Below are positions 26,291 to 39,531 of a stretch of DNA of 64,000 nt, piece after piece. Both the position numbers and the translations under genes were made by a program. How positions within the stretch are numbered: the stretch's first letter is position 1; every line of letters begins with the position of its first letter. The DNA comes from Lama guanicoe (lineage: Eukaryota), in NCBI GenBank assembly GCA_013239625.1, contig MU056000.1:13033175-13097174 (forward strand). The letters are read 5' to 3'. The notes below the pieces were generated by a model. It worked only from the letters and a program-made list of their open reading frames with translations. It was not told the origin of the DNA and searched no databases.

Positions 26291-27020
26291 ATTTATTCAT
26301 TCACTCTTTCAAGAAATATTTTTTGAGTGCCAGGCATTTTTTAGGCACAGGAGATTTAGTAGATAGCAAAACTCATCAAGTTTATATTGTAACTGTGGGG
26401 AATAGAAAAGAAGAAAACAAACAAGCATCTGCACGTATGTCAGAGAGCGATGAGCATCATGAAGAAAAAAGAGAAAAGCGGGTGTGCAGAACTGGGAATA
26501 GAGGGAGAAAAAAAGAGCTTATTATTTTAAGTAGGGTAGGCAGGACAGATCTCTCTGTGATAGTTTTATATTTAAAGAGAGACTTAACAAAAGTGAGAGA
26601 AGAAGATTTGCAGCTCCCTGCACCGTAAGAGAATATTTCATGTAGAGGAATTAGTAAGCCAAAATTCCCCGAGGCTAGTGCATTCCTAAAGAACAATAAA
26701 ACAGCAAAATATCCAGTAGGGATGAAGACGGTTGAGTGCAGGGGAAAAAAGCCATAGACATCAATGTGTAAATCAGAGGGTCTCACAAGTCATTACAAGG
26801 ATTTTGGATACTTTCCTGAATGAGATGGGAAGCTACTGTAGAGCTTTGTGCAGATTAATTACATGATTTGGCTGATATATCAAAAAAAGGATTAGCAGTT
26901 CTTAGAATGCAAGGGCAGAAGCAATCTAGAGGCTTATAAGGCTTGGGTGAGAGCGGAGTGAGAAATAGAAGAGATGGTAACAAGCGATGAGACTCAAGGT
27001 ATATTTTGAAGGTAGCAAGT
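26291..27020 (-). mobile_element. L2a-like LINE 3' region
   Basis: atttattcattcactc...aaatattttttgagtgcc...tgaatgagatgggaagctactgtagagctttg...tatattttgaaggtag. Confidence 0.85.
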
Positions 27021-27922
27021 TTAAGATGGTGATCTTGATCTGAGAAAGCACAGCGGAGTGTTACACCTTTATATCCAAATCCCATGTGGAAATCCTCAAG
27101 CAGTCTGTATGAATGCCAGACAATTTCCAGTCCCTGTTCTTATATCCATTTGAATCACTCGATTACTCCAGAATAAAAAAGAACAATAATTGTTATCTTT
27201 ACCTTGCATCATTTAGAATAAGTTTAAAAGATAACTTAATAACTATCCCAGCAACTCTTCTCACATCCTGTTTTCTTTCCTCTGAAATGTTACCATATCT
27301 ACAGAGCTTAGAGGCCTCTCATTTTCCAAGCTCTCAAAAACCTCTTTCTCCTTTCCCAGCTCAAGCAGGTTTCCTCTTTCTCGTCCTTCTCCCCTGTCAA
27401 CTCTTTCCTATGAAAATAACTACAGCTTCTTCACCAAGTGCTTTCCCCTCCACTAGCCTTTTTACCTTGGGGTCCCTTCTGTCTGCTGATAACGCATTTC
27501 TGCAGCACTGAAGAGAACACAGTTGGAGGTCAGGAGGAAGGGAAGAGATGAACGCAGGAAAATGAGGGGAACCAAAGTGAGTAAAATCTTACTTCTCTTT
27601 ATCCAGTGGCTGGAGATGTAGCAGGAACGTTGTGTAGGAATCATCTCCGGGTTTCCTTTCCTCTTTAATTTCCTCTTTTCTGTGTGGCACGAGAGAATAA
27701 TTCATGGTCTTCTAACAATTAAAGAAACTAAAGTCATTTTGCTACTCTCAAAACCACCTCATATATGGACTTTTGGGAGAAAAAAAGTGACATTTTAAAG
27801 TGCTGGCCAAAGACGCTGTACGAAATATGAGTTTAAAAAGATTCGGGAATATGGGTAACTCTGCAGTAATGACATCTCTGTCATCCTCTCATTCTGCTCC
27901 TATAAGCCATTTATTAATTGTG

Positions 27923-28315
27923 TTATATGTGGAATCTTAAAACAATGATACAAATAAACTTATTTACAAAACAGAAACAGACACAAAAAAACAAACTTAT
28001 AGTTACCAAAGGGGAAAGAGGTGGGAGGGATAAATTAAGAGTTTGGGATTAATAAATACAAACTACTATACATGAGCTAGATAAACAACAAGATCCCATT
28101 GTATAGCACAGAGAACTAAACTCAGGATCTTGTAATAGCCTATAATAAAAAGAATATGAAAAAGAATATAAATATAACTCAGTTTTATATATATATAAAG
28201 TTATAAAATATATATGAATATATAAAATGTGTACATATGTATAACTGAATCACTATGCTCTACACCGGAAACTAACACAACATTATAAATTAACTATACT
28301 TCAGTAAAAAGAAAA
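27923..28315 (+). mobile_element. 5'-truncated cetartiodactyl-type L1 3' end
   Basis: ttatatgtggaatc...tagataaacaacaagatcc..ttgtatagcaca...ataactgaatcactatgct.tacacc.gaaactaacacaacatt; TSD-like tgtgttat at 27919-27926 and 28316-28323. Confidence 0.9.
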
Positions 28316-28356
28316 TGTGTTATCAACAGCTTCTAAGATGAAGGGACAGATAGTTT

Positions 28357-28882
28357 TGTTATCCCAAAAGGGAAGGGGAGAAAGACCCCAGTTCTTGTCG
28401 TACCCAAAAGAGAAGAATTCAGATGGGAGATGGAAGTGTTCTGTAGCAAAAGATTTTGAAGATTTTATTAGCAAAGGGAAGGTACACCTCCAGGAATGGG
28501 AGGCAGGCTGATCCAAGGGTAGATAATAATGGTCTTTGCTTGCCCCTTCTCTTACACCCTCACTTAGAGATGATCTCCTGATTGACTGAAGGTTCTTGCC
28601 CCTGGAGTGCTTAGTCATGCTCATCCCCTTTTGCATATCCTTACCAGTGATGCACACAGAAAACCATGGAGGGACCTAAGCCACAATGCTAATTATATTA
28701 CAACGAGCATTGTGTCATGTCCAGGTCGTGGCCATCGGGTTTTAACCAGTTTCTTGCTGGCGCTCATTTAGAGGAAGTAAAGCCCCTTTATACTGAAGGC
28801 AGGCAGACCGCCATCTTCTGTACCATGTTCCCTCGCCTCCACCTTATCTGCCCGGTGCCCCCACTTATCTAACTACCTAACA
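28357..28882 (-). mobile_element. Solo ERV1 LTR
   Basis: Minus strand TGTTAGGTAG...TAACA termini with AATAAA (tttatt ~28465); U5 region similar to the LTR at 32524. Confidence 0.85.
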
Positions 28883-29484
28883 TTTTTAGAAGAAGAACGA
28901 GAGGGAGCGGGGTTGCATTTTTGCTCTTTAGATCCTCTCAGGCCAAATCTTAGGAAGGACTGAAAATTAAGAAATATGAGATGATATTTTTTGAAGGCAG
29001 AGGTCTCCAAGAGAGGATCCCATTATACTCTGGGAAAACTTTGAAAACATAGGGCACTGCTAGTTCTTTCATGATAAGACTTGAGAGAAATGTAGCAGTG
29101 TCTTCCCAGGGAGGAGATGGTAGGAACGGCTTTATGAATCGTCTGCAGGAAGGAAAGAAGCGAGTGTTCCGACCACAGGCCTCATGGATGAGGAGAGTGA
29201 CATTCACTAGGAAGGGGACGCAGCTTGTACTGCAGATTGATGTCAGCTTAGACCTTACCTGAAAGTAGATGGCCCAGGAGTCACACACGCCTCTTGAGCT
29301 CCTTCTGCCAAGACTTACTCAAATGTCTAGTTACATTTGTAGGCTCTCAGCTACAAAGAGGTCATGAAACGCAATTTCTAGATGGACGGTTGACATACCA
29401 ATATAACTCTTGAGTCCTACTTCTTAAAAAATAAACGTACAATAGACACGAACGAGATTTTTAGCCAGGTCCTCCACAGACAGG

Positions 29485-29977
29485 TATTGACTGAAGTAAA
29501 TGTACAGCCTAAAAGTTGAGAGTTATGTTTTATTTGGCAGGAGGACTCGAGCCTGGATGACAGCCTCTCAGATCGCTCTGAGGGGCTGCTCCCTAGAGGT
29601 AGGGGAGGAGGTAGGATATATAGGAGCTTTACAACAAAGACCAGGGAGTTCGAACATTTGAAGATTCCTTGTTGTCTAAAGAAAGCCAGGCATCTCAAGT
29701 TAAAGAATTCAGTGCTTTTCTATGTACGGGAGGAAGCAAACATTTGGGCTCATTGAATTCATTCCTTTGACAAGCACCTCGCTATCTAGGGCCAGTGTCC
29801 TGTCCTTTCTTACCCTGAGTCCCCTCCGGGTGCACCATTGTGAGTGGCTGCAGAGGCTGGGCTGCAGAGGCCTGGCTGCAGGCTTGTCTTCCCTGGGGGG
29901 TGGCAGCAGCCGCAGATGACTTGATGGTTTCAGCATTCTTTGTTTACTGATATGGTTTGCAGTATTTTTCATTCACA
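29485..29977 (-). mobile_element. Solo ERV1 LTR related to the 17550-18019 LTR
   Basis: Minus strand starts TGTGAATG; AATAAA at ~29529; shares caagtcat, ggccct(a)agatag and gaaa(a)gcac motifs with the 17.5-kb LTR. Confidence 0.85.
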
Positions 29978-32523
29978 AGAAAATGGAGACTTTCATGGAT
30001 AATGTCCAGTACCAGTCTGGTAGCTTTGCTAGGCAGAGCCGTACTCCTTGAATGCTGAGATGGACAATTGTTTCAAATGTAGAGTGAATTTGTACTTGAA
30101 CTTGATCAAAACCAAGTCCTGGAGCACCATGAAAAAACTCCATTGCACAAAAGCTCAGGCTGTTCTGTTCAGTTTTATTGCCCATTCCCAGAGTGAAAAT
30201 CTTCTTTGAAAGGGCTGGGCCCTTACAGAAGAAAGCCTCTTCTTTCTCATCAGAGAGCAAGCTGAGTATAAGACATGAAGAGACAGATGATGTGAGAACT
30301 TCCCATGAATGACAGAAGAAGGCAAGTGTTCTGAACGACAAGAAAGCGAAGGTGAGTCATTGCTTTCATATGAGAATTGCTGACAGCATTAAAATCCCTG
30401 TGGTATTTGTAGAAATGTCTGTAGAAATGAGGGCAAGAGGAGAAAATGGGCCTTCCAAACTATCATTCACTTTAGATTGGCTTAATGCCTTTTAACTTGA
30501 TAGCTGGAGATTTCTTTAAAAGTATTTAAGCTAAGAAATCTAGTCCTGATGTAATTACTCTGCGTCACAAATTTGCCAGGGTTTCAAGTTCTGTCCAGAA
30601 TGTCTGTCAGTCTGCCATCTCTAAGAGGTCGTGTTCACTTACACAGTCAAATCCACATCCATGTCACAGGAATCACGAAGGGGCCACAGCAGGGGCATAT
30701 GCAGTTCATTTTTTTTTATTATGAAAAATGGGGGAAAGATACTCAGGCACAACTAGAAATCTCTTCTCTAGATGTAAATACCCAGCAGTAAAAAAAAAGG
30801 GAAAAATAATTTATTATCCATTCAGTAGAATAAACTAGTTTGTATCCATTTGTAAAAGAATAATACCATGAATTTTTTAATACTTTTTTATTGATGGGAT
30901 AAATAAAGGATAAAAAAATTATTCAAAATGAAAACTCAATTGGATGCTGAAGAGAGTGAGGAGAAGAGAGAGAAAAGAAGACAGAGAGAAAGAAATGTCA
31001 TTGGAGGTTAAATCTGGATAGAAGAATTCTAGATCTATATAATATTTAATTCTCCTCTTTGGTGAGAATGAAGTGCTTCTTTTATATTGGAAATGATCAA
31101 TGAATGCTTCTTTAAGTCTTCTGTCTCTGCCTTTCCCCGACATATTTGTTCAACAGACAACATTTTTAAATGGAAATGTAAGCTTATTTTAGCATGTCTT
31201 CCTCATCCTATTTTTTTTTTTATTCCTTGGCTCAGAAGTAGTAACACATGAATATTTCATGTCAATTTGGGGGCAATTTTTACTTCTGGAACAGCTTTCC
31301 TGTCTGATAACTTGACATCTATAATTTTGGACATTATAGCAACTATATGACACTTTAAACAAAGCTCACTAAAACATACATAGCCATGGTGCTGGCCAAA
31401 AGCAAACAGATGAATCAAATGAGAAAGGGAAAAGGAAGAGATACATGAATATCAAAGTGAAATAAATATACCTAAATTAGAGAGACTTTAAATCCACTTT
31501 TTATAGCTCTGACTACATTGGCAGAAACTGAATGATTTAAATGTTCAGGATCCATTGATACATTTTCAGACTTCAAATGCCATTTGTTTTGAACTCACAC
31601 ACACAGTGACCTTACATTATTTTTTTTCCCCTCTGATTAGGAGGGACATGGTTATCTCACTAATAGAAATGTGGTCTGTGAGAGTATCCTGGCTAATAGA
31701 TAATTCCCATGCTGCCCAAATACTTAAGCGAATTTGAAGCATGTGTTCAGCTTGAAAGCCATTTGGATAACGCAACCAACCACACACAACTGCTGGGGCA
31801 TTACCGCAAAGAAAATGCAGAAAATGAAATAGTTGGCAAAGATAATCACTGTGAGTTGAGTGCAGGGTCTGAGAGCAGGAGGCTTTCCGGAATACCACAC
31901 TGTCTATTGTGAGCCAGTAAAGAAAAGATGTTTTAAATTTGGAACAAAGCGGCCATCGTCTAAGATCCCTTAGTGAATTGGGTAATAAAAGTATAGAGGC
32001 TTTTATTTTATTAAGGTCACCAAAAACTTATAACCTGGGAGAGCTGGCTCAGTGGGCAGAGCTGGAGGAGTTTTACGAGTGACAATCCTGTGGTGTAGAA
32101 TGACGTTTTTTGGACTGGGTAGTACTGTTGTGCTTCCTCTGAGTGTTCCTTTGTTTTGTGTTAGAAAGAAGCAGTAGAGAAGATGGAGAGACAGCATAGC
32201 AGGATCAGGGGTATTGAATTCGAAAGTGATACTATCATCCTCACTGTGGTGGAAAGTGAAGAATCAGAACACCGAATGCCGAAAAGAGAGGTGATGTATG
32301 AATCCAGGATGTATCCACTCTGAGAATTCTGGTTAAAAGGAGTGAGTGTGTGAAATGAAAATAATCTAGTAGAGACGTTCTTAACCAAGGCACACTGACT
32401 TGGAAAAGGTGTTGTTTTGTAAATCTTGATTGATACAAGGTATTTGGATTTTACCAAAACTAAATTAGAACTCTACATTCAGATCATATCAGCTTTTTGA
32501 AGTAAAACACTAGTAGAGTGGCC

Positions 32524-33165
32524 CGTTAGAGCAGGCAGATAGCTAGATATGAGCAGAGATGGGGGACACAAACCAAATGGCAGGGATTGGGCAGAAAGGA
32601 GGGGCACAGGCCAAATGCAGGAAACCACACATCATGCAAGCAGCAGGGGTCCTTGGGCAGAGAAAGAAAAGCAGGAACCTTGGGGCTGATAAGGGATCAT
32701 GCTTTTTGGGGTGACAAGTGGCCTGGAGAAGAACAAAGAAAGGTGAGAAAAGGCAGGAATTTCTAGTGTCTGAATGTAAGCTTTTGTTCATTATGCCCTC
32801 ATTTCAATAAAATTAGCCTTGCAGATCAGAAGTACCCATCATGCACCGACGCCATGACACTTCTGATCCAGATGAAATAAGGACAAAAATCCCTCCTCCC
32901 TTTGGGAAGGGATGGAGGATGATGACCCCAAACCCTTCCCTCCCCAATGAATATTCTGCCCATTCATTTTTATACCCTATGTATCTAACTTGCCAAAAAA
33001 ACTCAGGGAAGCTACTCACCTGAGCCTGCCTGCTCTCCCCTGAGAGTGTACTATCCATCCTTTAATAAATCCTCACTTTAACTTTTTTAACCACTACGTC
33101 TTATCTCTGAATTCTTTCTGAGACGGGACAAGAACCTGGAACACTGGTTGCATCTGTCGGCAACA
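32524..33165 (+). mobile_element. Solo ERV1 LTR with intact 4-bp TSD
   Basis: (T>C)GTTAG...CAACA termini; ggcc at 32520-32523 and 33166-33169; aataaa at ~33064; 642 bp. Confidence 0.9.
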
Positions 33166-34299
33166 GGCCAATAATAAAAAGCAATGAAATAGAGAGTCCA
33201 TGATCCCAGCATAAAAAAGAGAGAGGAGCATGAAAGGGTAGCATTGGGTTACCACGATTCATAAAGAAAAACTCTTATAAGTAAATTAGTTTAAAAGATT
33301 ATAGTAAGACATTAACCAATCTCTTTATTTTGAAATTCTATAATTCACTGTTAATTGTAAAATTTTTTTTGGATCTTGTGTAAATTAATTGATACATAGA
33401 AAAGTGAAAAGGGGTTATCAGATGACTTTTTGGGGTGAGAGAGGGAGAGGGTGTGATGCAATATTATTATTTTCACTTCTCTTAAGTTCCTAGTGTTAAG
33501 CTGCAATTGTGTAGGCTAATGTTCATTTTTCATTCAATATACAGTCCAATTCTCTAGTCAAAAACTAAAAGCCTGTCCATTCATAATTTTTATATTCATC
33601 AATAGATTTTTTTTCTATCATTATTAATTTGATTAACTTTGCATTAAAGTAGAGACATTTAAATGTAAATTTTAGAGACAGACTTTGTATTCAGGTTCAG
33701 AAAACCTGATAAGTACATCTTTCTTTACTACCAAAATCCAATTAAAATGAAAGAATCATAAGAATAAAAGATAATCCATAGTGACTAGGAAATCTTCATG
33801 GGTACCATTAGTGAATCTCAAACAGTAAGTTGTCTAAAGCATAGAGAGAAAAAAGAATTCAATTGCTGACAAATATGAGATTAGGTGTACCCACCCAGGA
33901 AAGCCCTTAAATCAGATACAGCATGACCTCAGACATCCTATGGGCAGGGAGAGAGATTGTGATGCAAGATTTCAGAATGGCTATTCCAGAGTCCAATCTC
34001 AAGAGGCCAAGCACTGGTGTCTGTTCTCAGTAAAGCTGTAAGAGGTGGATAGATGAAGCAGGTCACCTGCTACTTCCAACGTGAGAAATTGAGTCTGAAA
34101 GAGAAACGGGAAGGCAGCAAACAAGGAGCATCTCCTCTGAAAGCCAGACCCCTGCTAACTCTGCAGGAGATACTGACCATCATCATAGGCCAGGCTCTCT
34201 CACGACCACCAGGGCTCTGAAACCAACAGCTGATTGGATCACCAGGTACCACTGAGTATTCTAATAGCTGAGGAAACCCATCCCATTTGCCAAGACTGC

Positions 34300-34907
34300 T
34301 TAAGACATTCATATACATATTAATGAATCATCAAAAGTCAAAGACTATTTAAGAAGAATATGAAATAATATGTAGAGGTATAAAAAGAGCTATTCAAGAA
34401 GTAGGAAAAAGCACTTCAAAAAATCTATTCTTTATACTAGAAAACTCCAGTGAACATCATATTTCCAAACTGAGAAAAGTTGCTAAAAAGGAAAACAATT
34501 GTGGAAATAAAAGATTCTTCCTACAACAGCAATAGCAACAACTATAACAACTCAACTGAAGTGCTGAATACCAGAACAGATTTGGTAAAATGATCAATTA
34601 TCACGAAAATGGAGTAGAATCATTTGCCCAGGAGTCAATAAAAAAGTAAAAGCAAGTAAATTAAAAAAGAAAACACGTGAAAAAAAGATGGGAGAGAGAG
34701 GGAGAAGGAAAGAAGCTTGAGGATGTATCCAGAAAGTGCAATATTAGTTTAATATTTATTCCAGAAAGGGAGACAACGAGGAAAACAATAATTGAAGACA
34801 GAAACAATTGACAGAAAACAATAATCAAAGAACTCTATAAAAGTTCTCTAATGTAAAAACGACTCATGCTTCAGATTAAAAGTGCTCACACAGTGTCTTC
34901 CCAGCAT
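34300..34907 (+). mobile_element. Ancient L1/HAL1 ORF1-like remnant
   Basis: A-rich strand with ggatgtatccagaaag...ttccagaaagggag...cttcagattaaaagtgctcac, typical decayed ORF1. Confidence 0.55.
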
Positions 34908-35137
34908 CTTAGGCTCTCCCGAACAGATTTTCAGTGTCTGGAGAATTTGGGATGGGTTATCTAGTTTCGCCCTGGGGGACCACTTGCTGCCTTTGTTGGG
35001 ACGTGGACCCAAGTTGGAGCAGATGTTACGCAGACAGCCTTTTAACTCCCTACTTCCTGCTCTCTCCCAGTCTGGGGGTTCTTTGGTGGAGTTCACCACT
35101 GAGGAAAAGCTCCTTCCTCTGCAGTCCTTTCCAGCAC

Positions 35138-35787
35138 TGTTGCCAAACCAAATTTGGGTCCCCTCGCCCATGTGCAGTCAAGCCAATCTACTGACATGGG
35201 GTTGTGGTGAAGAAAGGTGCAGCTTTCATTGCAAAGCCAGACAAGGAGTCCAGGCAGTTAATGCTCAAGAGACCCAAATTCCCCAGTGGCTTTCAGGGAA
35301 AGGTTTACAAAGACAGGGTGAGGGAGAGGGTTGTGGGGTGTATGATTAGCACTCGGACTTTCTTATGATTGGTTGGTGGTGAGGTTATCGGGAGTCAACA
35401 ACACTAACCTCTGGTTCCAACTAGTCTGGGGTCTACATGTCTGTGGTTAACGTGTGGTCAATGTCTTCCCCCTGGTCGGGGTTTCAGTATCTGCAGAACA
35501 GCTCAAAGAATATTAGCTTTGAACTTTATCTATATTAGCTCACAATATGATCTATAGACCTTGAGCAGAAACTAAAGGTCCTTGACTTTGTTTGATGGCT
35601 AAACTATTATTATTTTGTCTTGCTTGACCGCTTTTCTTTTGTTTTGCATTTTCTCACTTCTCTGATTGAATGTATTCTTTAGAATTTGGGGGAGGCCTAG
35701 GAAGCTGAAGTTCTACAAAATAGAGATGGGCAAAGGACATGGGGAAGTCTGTCCGAGGATGGCCCCATAGGGTCTTACTTGGTTACA
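35138..35787 (-). mobile_element. Solo ERV1 LTR (laurasiatherian type)
   Basis: TGTTGCC...GGTTACA termini; gaaactaaaggtccttgact, tggctaaactattattattttgtc and CCAAT (gattggttgg) motifs; 650 bp. Confidence 0.85.
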
Positions 35788-37982
35788 AACTGAACTATAT
35801 TTGTCCCTGCAATATACCTGAACTGCTTTCTGTCACCAGCTACTGTCCTCTCTCAGTCTGGCTATGCCCCTCTCTTTATTGCCTCTTATTCTCCTACCCT
35901 GTTTGTTCAGTTGCCTCTCTGGAAGGAGAGAAAAACATCAAACTGTGATGTATCCTACATGTAAGATTAACCCTATCTGATAAAGACTAATCATGACAAA
36001 ATAAAATGTACTGTTAGAAACTGAAGGCAGTGAATCAGAGGCCACTGTGCCTATTTCTCAACAACTCAACAATTACAGGATTATGCATTTGGAAAAATAC
36101 AAATTTGGGGGAAAATCTCCTTAATCATATCTGAAAAAAAGCTCCCTCGAATTAACAATTACAAATTATATAACCCTGATGATTGTGTTTTTGATCAGGT
36201 TTACAGAAATGGAAAGGATAGAATTACATAGAAAGAAAGACATTAAAAACTGCAGCAGAGTACACTCCTTACAACATAGTCTATTCACAGAAAATATATT
36301 AAAACTGTATGAATTGTGTCACTGTGTGATTCAAATCCTCCATTTTAGCTCTTTTTCTAAAAGCATAACTAACAATTTCAAAGATAGCTTATGTGCTGGA
36401 ATATAAAATACATTTGAGAATTCAACTTCATTTTAGTGAGACTTTTAATGACATAATGTAATTAATAAAACATTAAAGTGATTGATAAAAGGGTTGAATA
36501 AAACAGGACTAAAATTTATTTTTAGATCTCTGAGCTACGATATCTATAAATTTCTTACATCCAACTGTGTAATTGTCCAACTTGCATTTTTATCTTATTT
36601 CCAACAGTATCATACAATTTCTTATTGAATGTTTTGATGAGCTTAACAAAGGCAGCACGGGGTGAAATGACATAGGGAGTCAGACAAAGCTGTGCAGTAA
36701 CACTTACCATGGGTAGGATTTTTAGTACAATATTAACTTTTCCAAAAACCGTATCTGTCCACAAATGGGAATTGGGTCTGAATTGGGGCTGTGACATGCT
36801 TTAGCCAACAGAAATGGGTAGGCCTCTGAGGGTAGACCAGAAAGCCAGGTATTTCCCAGTCAGAATATCTGATTTTCTGGTTGTAATTGCCTACATTTCT
36901 CCTTAGCCTCCACGTCTTGGGTGCAAACCCTTTTAATTAGACCAACAAATCTTTTCTACAGTTCTATCCTGGTCTGTATGGGAAGCACTCGGCTTCTTTC
37001 CAAGATACTCTTTCTCTGATGTTACAAATCAAATCTGGAATATCAAATCCTGTTCCATGAAACCCACAAACCGTTAGCCACATATTCCCTATAATCCCAG
37101 CCAGTTCTTACGAGAAAAAATAAAACAAAACCTTATCTATAGTTTTCTGCTTTATGAGAATAATAACCTTGAAGAAAATGCACTCAAATACGAGAAATAG
37201 TTTCAAAATCTTCTTTGATAAAAACATTAAGAAAACAAACGTCAAGACTCTCGCTTGACACAAAGTCTTCGAAAAGATCTCTCTCCAGGTTACTTTAATC
37301 TTTTCATTGATCTGTCAGACGTTAAACCAGCAGTGACTAATCCACCTAATTTTCTTCAAAAATAATGCATATTTCGGCATTGTAACCAGGGTATTATGAA
37401 TAAACGTTTTCAGAACACTTTATCTTCTGTGTGCTCTGTGCTTACAGCATGTTTATTGTTTTACTAACATTGCAATCACGTAATCCAAGAAAACATTTTA
37501 TATTTTCTTGTGAAGTTTATGATGAGTCTGATGAAAACCACTTAGTTACATTTTTTTAGCAAACTGCCAACAGACCACATATAAAATGGTTTTCCCGAGT
37601 ATTTTGCTTGGTCAACTTCATCGTTTGTGGAATCAGTGTTTCTGCCTGCCTGGGTAAGAAATGGCTTTTGTCAAACAGAAATCTCCAGAACATATCTCAT
37701 CCTCAAACATTGCTAGATGATCAAAAGAGGTCTGAACATTCCACTTTAGTTTATTACTGTAATCTATTTACAGAACTAGACTTGAATTAAATTTTATTAG
37801 CCATGTTATCTTTGACCAATTTTCATTGTATTCATTCTATAATTATTTATGCTTATTCCATCTTCCCTCACCTAATGGATGATCTCCTGAGCATCTTAGC
37901 AGCCAGGGTGGAATGAGAAAGCTATGGGCTTAGAAAAAGCCCAGAGAATTTTTTAAATTACCCCCATTGGCACACTGCTGGA

Positions 37983-38006
37983 GTGTGTGTGTGTGTGTGT
38001 GTGTGT
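37983..38006. repeat. (GT)12 microsatellite
   Basis: Seen directly. Confidence 0.95.
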
Positions 38007-38674
38007 ATTTAATGAAATAGTTACCAGTTTGTAAAATTTGGGAAAGTTGGATTCACATAGTTCAAACATTTATAATTGACCGGAAGAGTCCATTGTATTA
38101 TTTGATATTCTAAATCTCTTCGTAACACTTTAAGAAGCTAAGATTCAGAGAGAACAAGAAACTTATGTATGGTTAAAAAAGAAGAAAAAAGCTCCTTATT
38201 GCTAAAGTCAGCATTCCAACTCAGATCTCTGATCTCAACTCTTGTGTTCTTTCCATCAGATCCTGCAAATCCTGCAACCACAGTTTAGAGATAATGCTAC
38301 TAAGATTTTCAGAAAATCTGTAATTTGCTCAACATAACACAGCTAGTAATAACAGCCAGAAGCAACTACACAGAAAAGTTCTTTTTCTACTAAAAGTCAA
38401 GCCCTCATCATCATTTCCAGATGTACTTTTTTCCCCAGTTGAGGGTCCAGTCTTCCTATCTATTGACCTGTAGTCCAGCCAAATCTATCCTCCTAATGGA
38501 TATCGAGACAATGTGTTTGCAGAGCAAACCACCACCTTCCAGCTCCTCCTTCCAGTTCTGATGTTCTCTAGTGTTTATCAGATTTCATAGTGATCTTCAT
38601 CTCATGCCAGAAACATGTTTTGAGACAAAAACATCCTTCCTCATGAACCTCTTCTAGACTCCATACTGTCAAAG

Positions 38675-38707
38675 AAAAAAAAAAAAGAGAGAGAGAGAGA
38701 GAGAGAG
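38675..38707. repeat. Poly(A)-(AG)n microsatellite
   Basis: Seen directly. Confidence 0.9.
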
Positions 38708-38739
38708 CCAGTAAAGATCAGTGGCTTTTATTAATATTT

Positions 38740-39042
38740 ACATCCATCCATTATTTCTCAAATAACTGCATCTGGTGGGTACAAGGAGCTGCTCCAAGCA
38801 CCGGGGATGTGATGAGCAGACAGTATTTCTGCTCTAAAGGGACTTACTTTGCAGCAGGCTAAGGGGAAGCATAGAAACATTAAAAAAGATTGTTGAAAGA
38901 AAATATGTTCTGGAAGTTACGAAGTCAAGATGAAGGACAAGGGCAAGGTGGCATGGGTGACGGGATGGGGTGGGGTCCCTGTCGGTGGTCAGAGGAGGCC
39001 TCTTAATATGGTCCTTTGTGACGTGAGAGCTGAGTATAAAGG
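38740..39042 (-). mobile_element. L2 3' fragment
   Basis: catccatccattatt..caaata...ctgctctaaagggacttac...ggtcagaggaggcctc...gagagctgag, L2 3'-end reverse complement pattern. Confidence 0.55.
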
Positions 39043-39043
39043 A

Positions 39044-39531
39044 TGCTGCTCGCTGTGGTTGCCGGCCCAGCAGCCTCCTTCCTTCCTTTCATGCCCTGGC
39101 TGTGTTTACGTGCTATGAGATCATGTGCCGTGAGGTCCAACCCTTCACCAGGAGATAAATTGTACTTAGTTTAATCAAATTAGGTATCCTCACACACCGT
39201 ACACAGCCTTAGACAATGAGATGGTAAGGGGGCATCTCCTGGGCTTTTCCAGAAATTTTTCTTCATTACTGAAAGGGGAGGCGTGCTCAGAGACTCGGCC
39301 GTGGGAAGAGGCTGGATGTGGAGAAGCTACCTGTGACCTATGACCATGAGAGGAGTTGCTTACAGACTGGATGGAAAGGTGGACAGAGAGGAAAAAAAAA
39401 ACACCAGTCTTGGTGACATCATCAAGCACTGAATCAATCCAAGAATAGCCTTTATCCAAACTTCCTGCTGTAGAAGAGATAAACCCCTTCTTGCTCAAAA
39501 TTTGTGCTCTAAAAGAGGCTAACTGATAACA
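39044..39531 (+). mobile_element. Old ERVL/MaLR-type LTR (LTR16/LTR33/MLT1-like)
   Basis: gaccatgag...cttggtgacatcatcaagcactgaatcaa...acttcctg...gataaacccctt...ctaactgataaca, 3' end typical of these LTRs. Confidence 0.65.

Noticed and set aside
32105..32135. FGLGSTVVL, resembling a piggyBac-family transposase motif
   Set aside because: The neighbouring Y.G and DN.F/YTS motifs are absent, and no TTAA-flanked TIRs were seen
39019..39042. CRE-like tgacgt followed by TATAAA, suggesting a promoter
   Set aside because: It lies in a decayed L2 fragment at an LTR boundary, with no CpG island or downstream exon support
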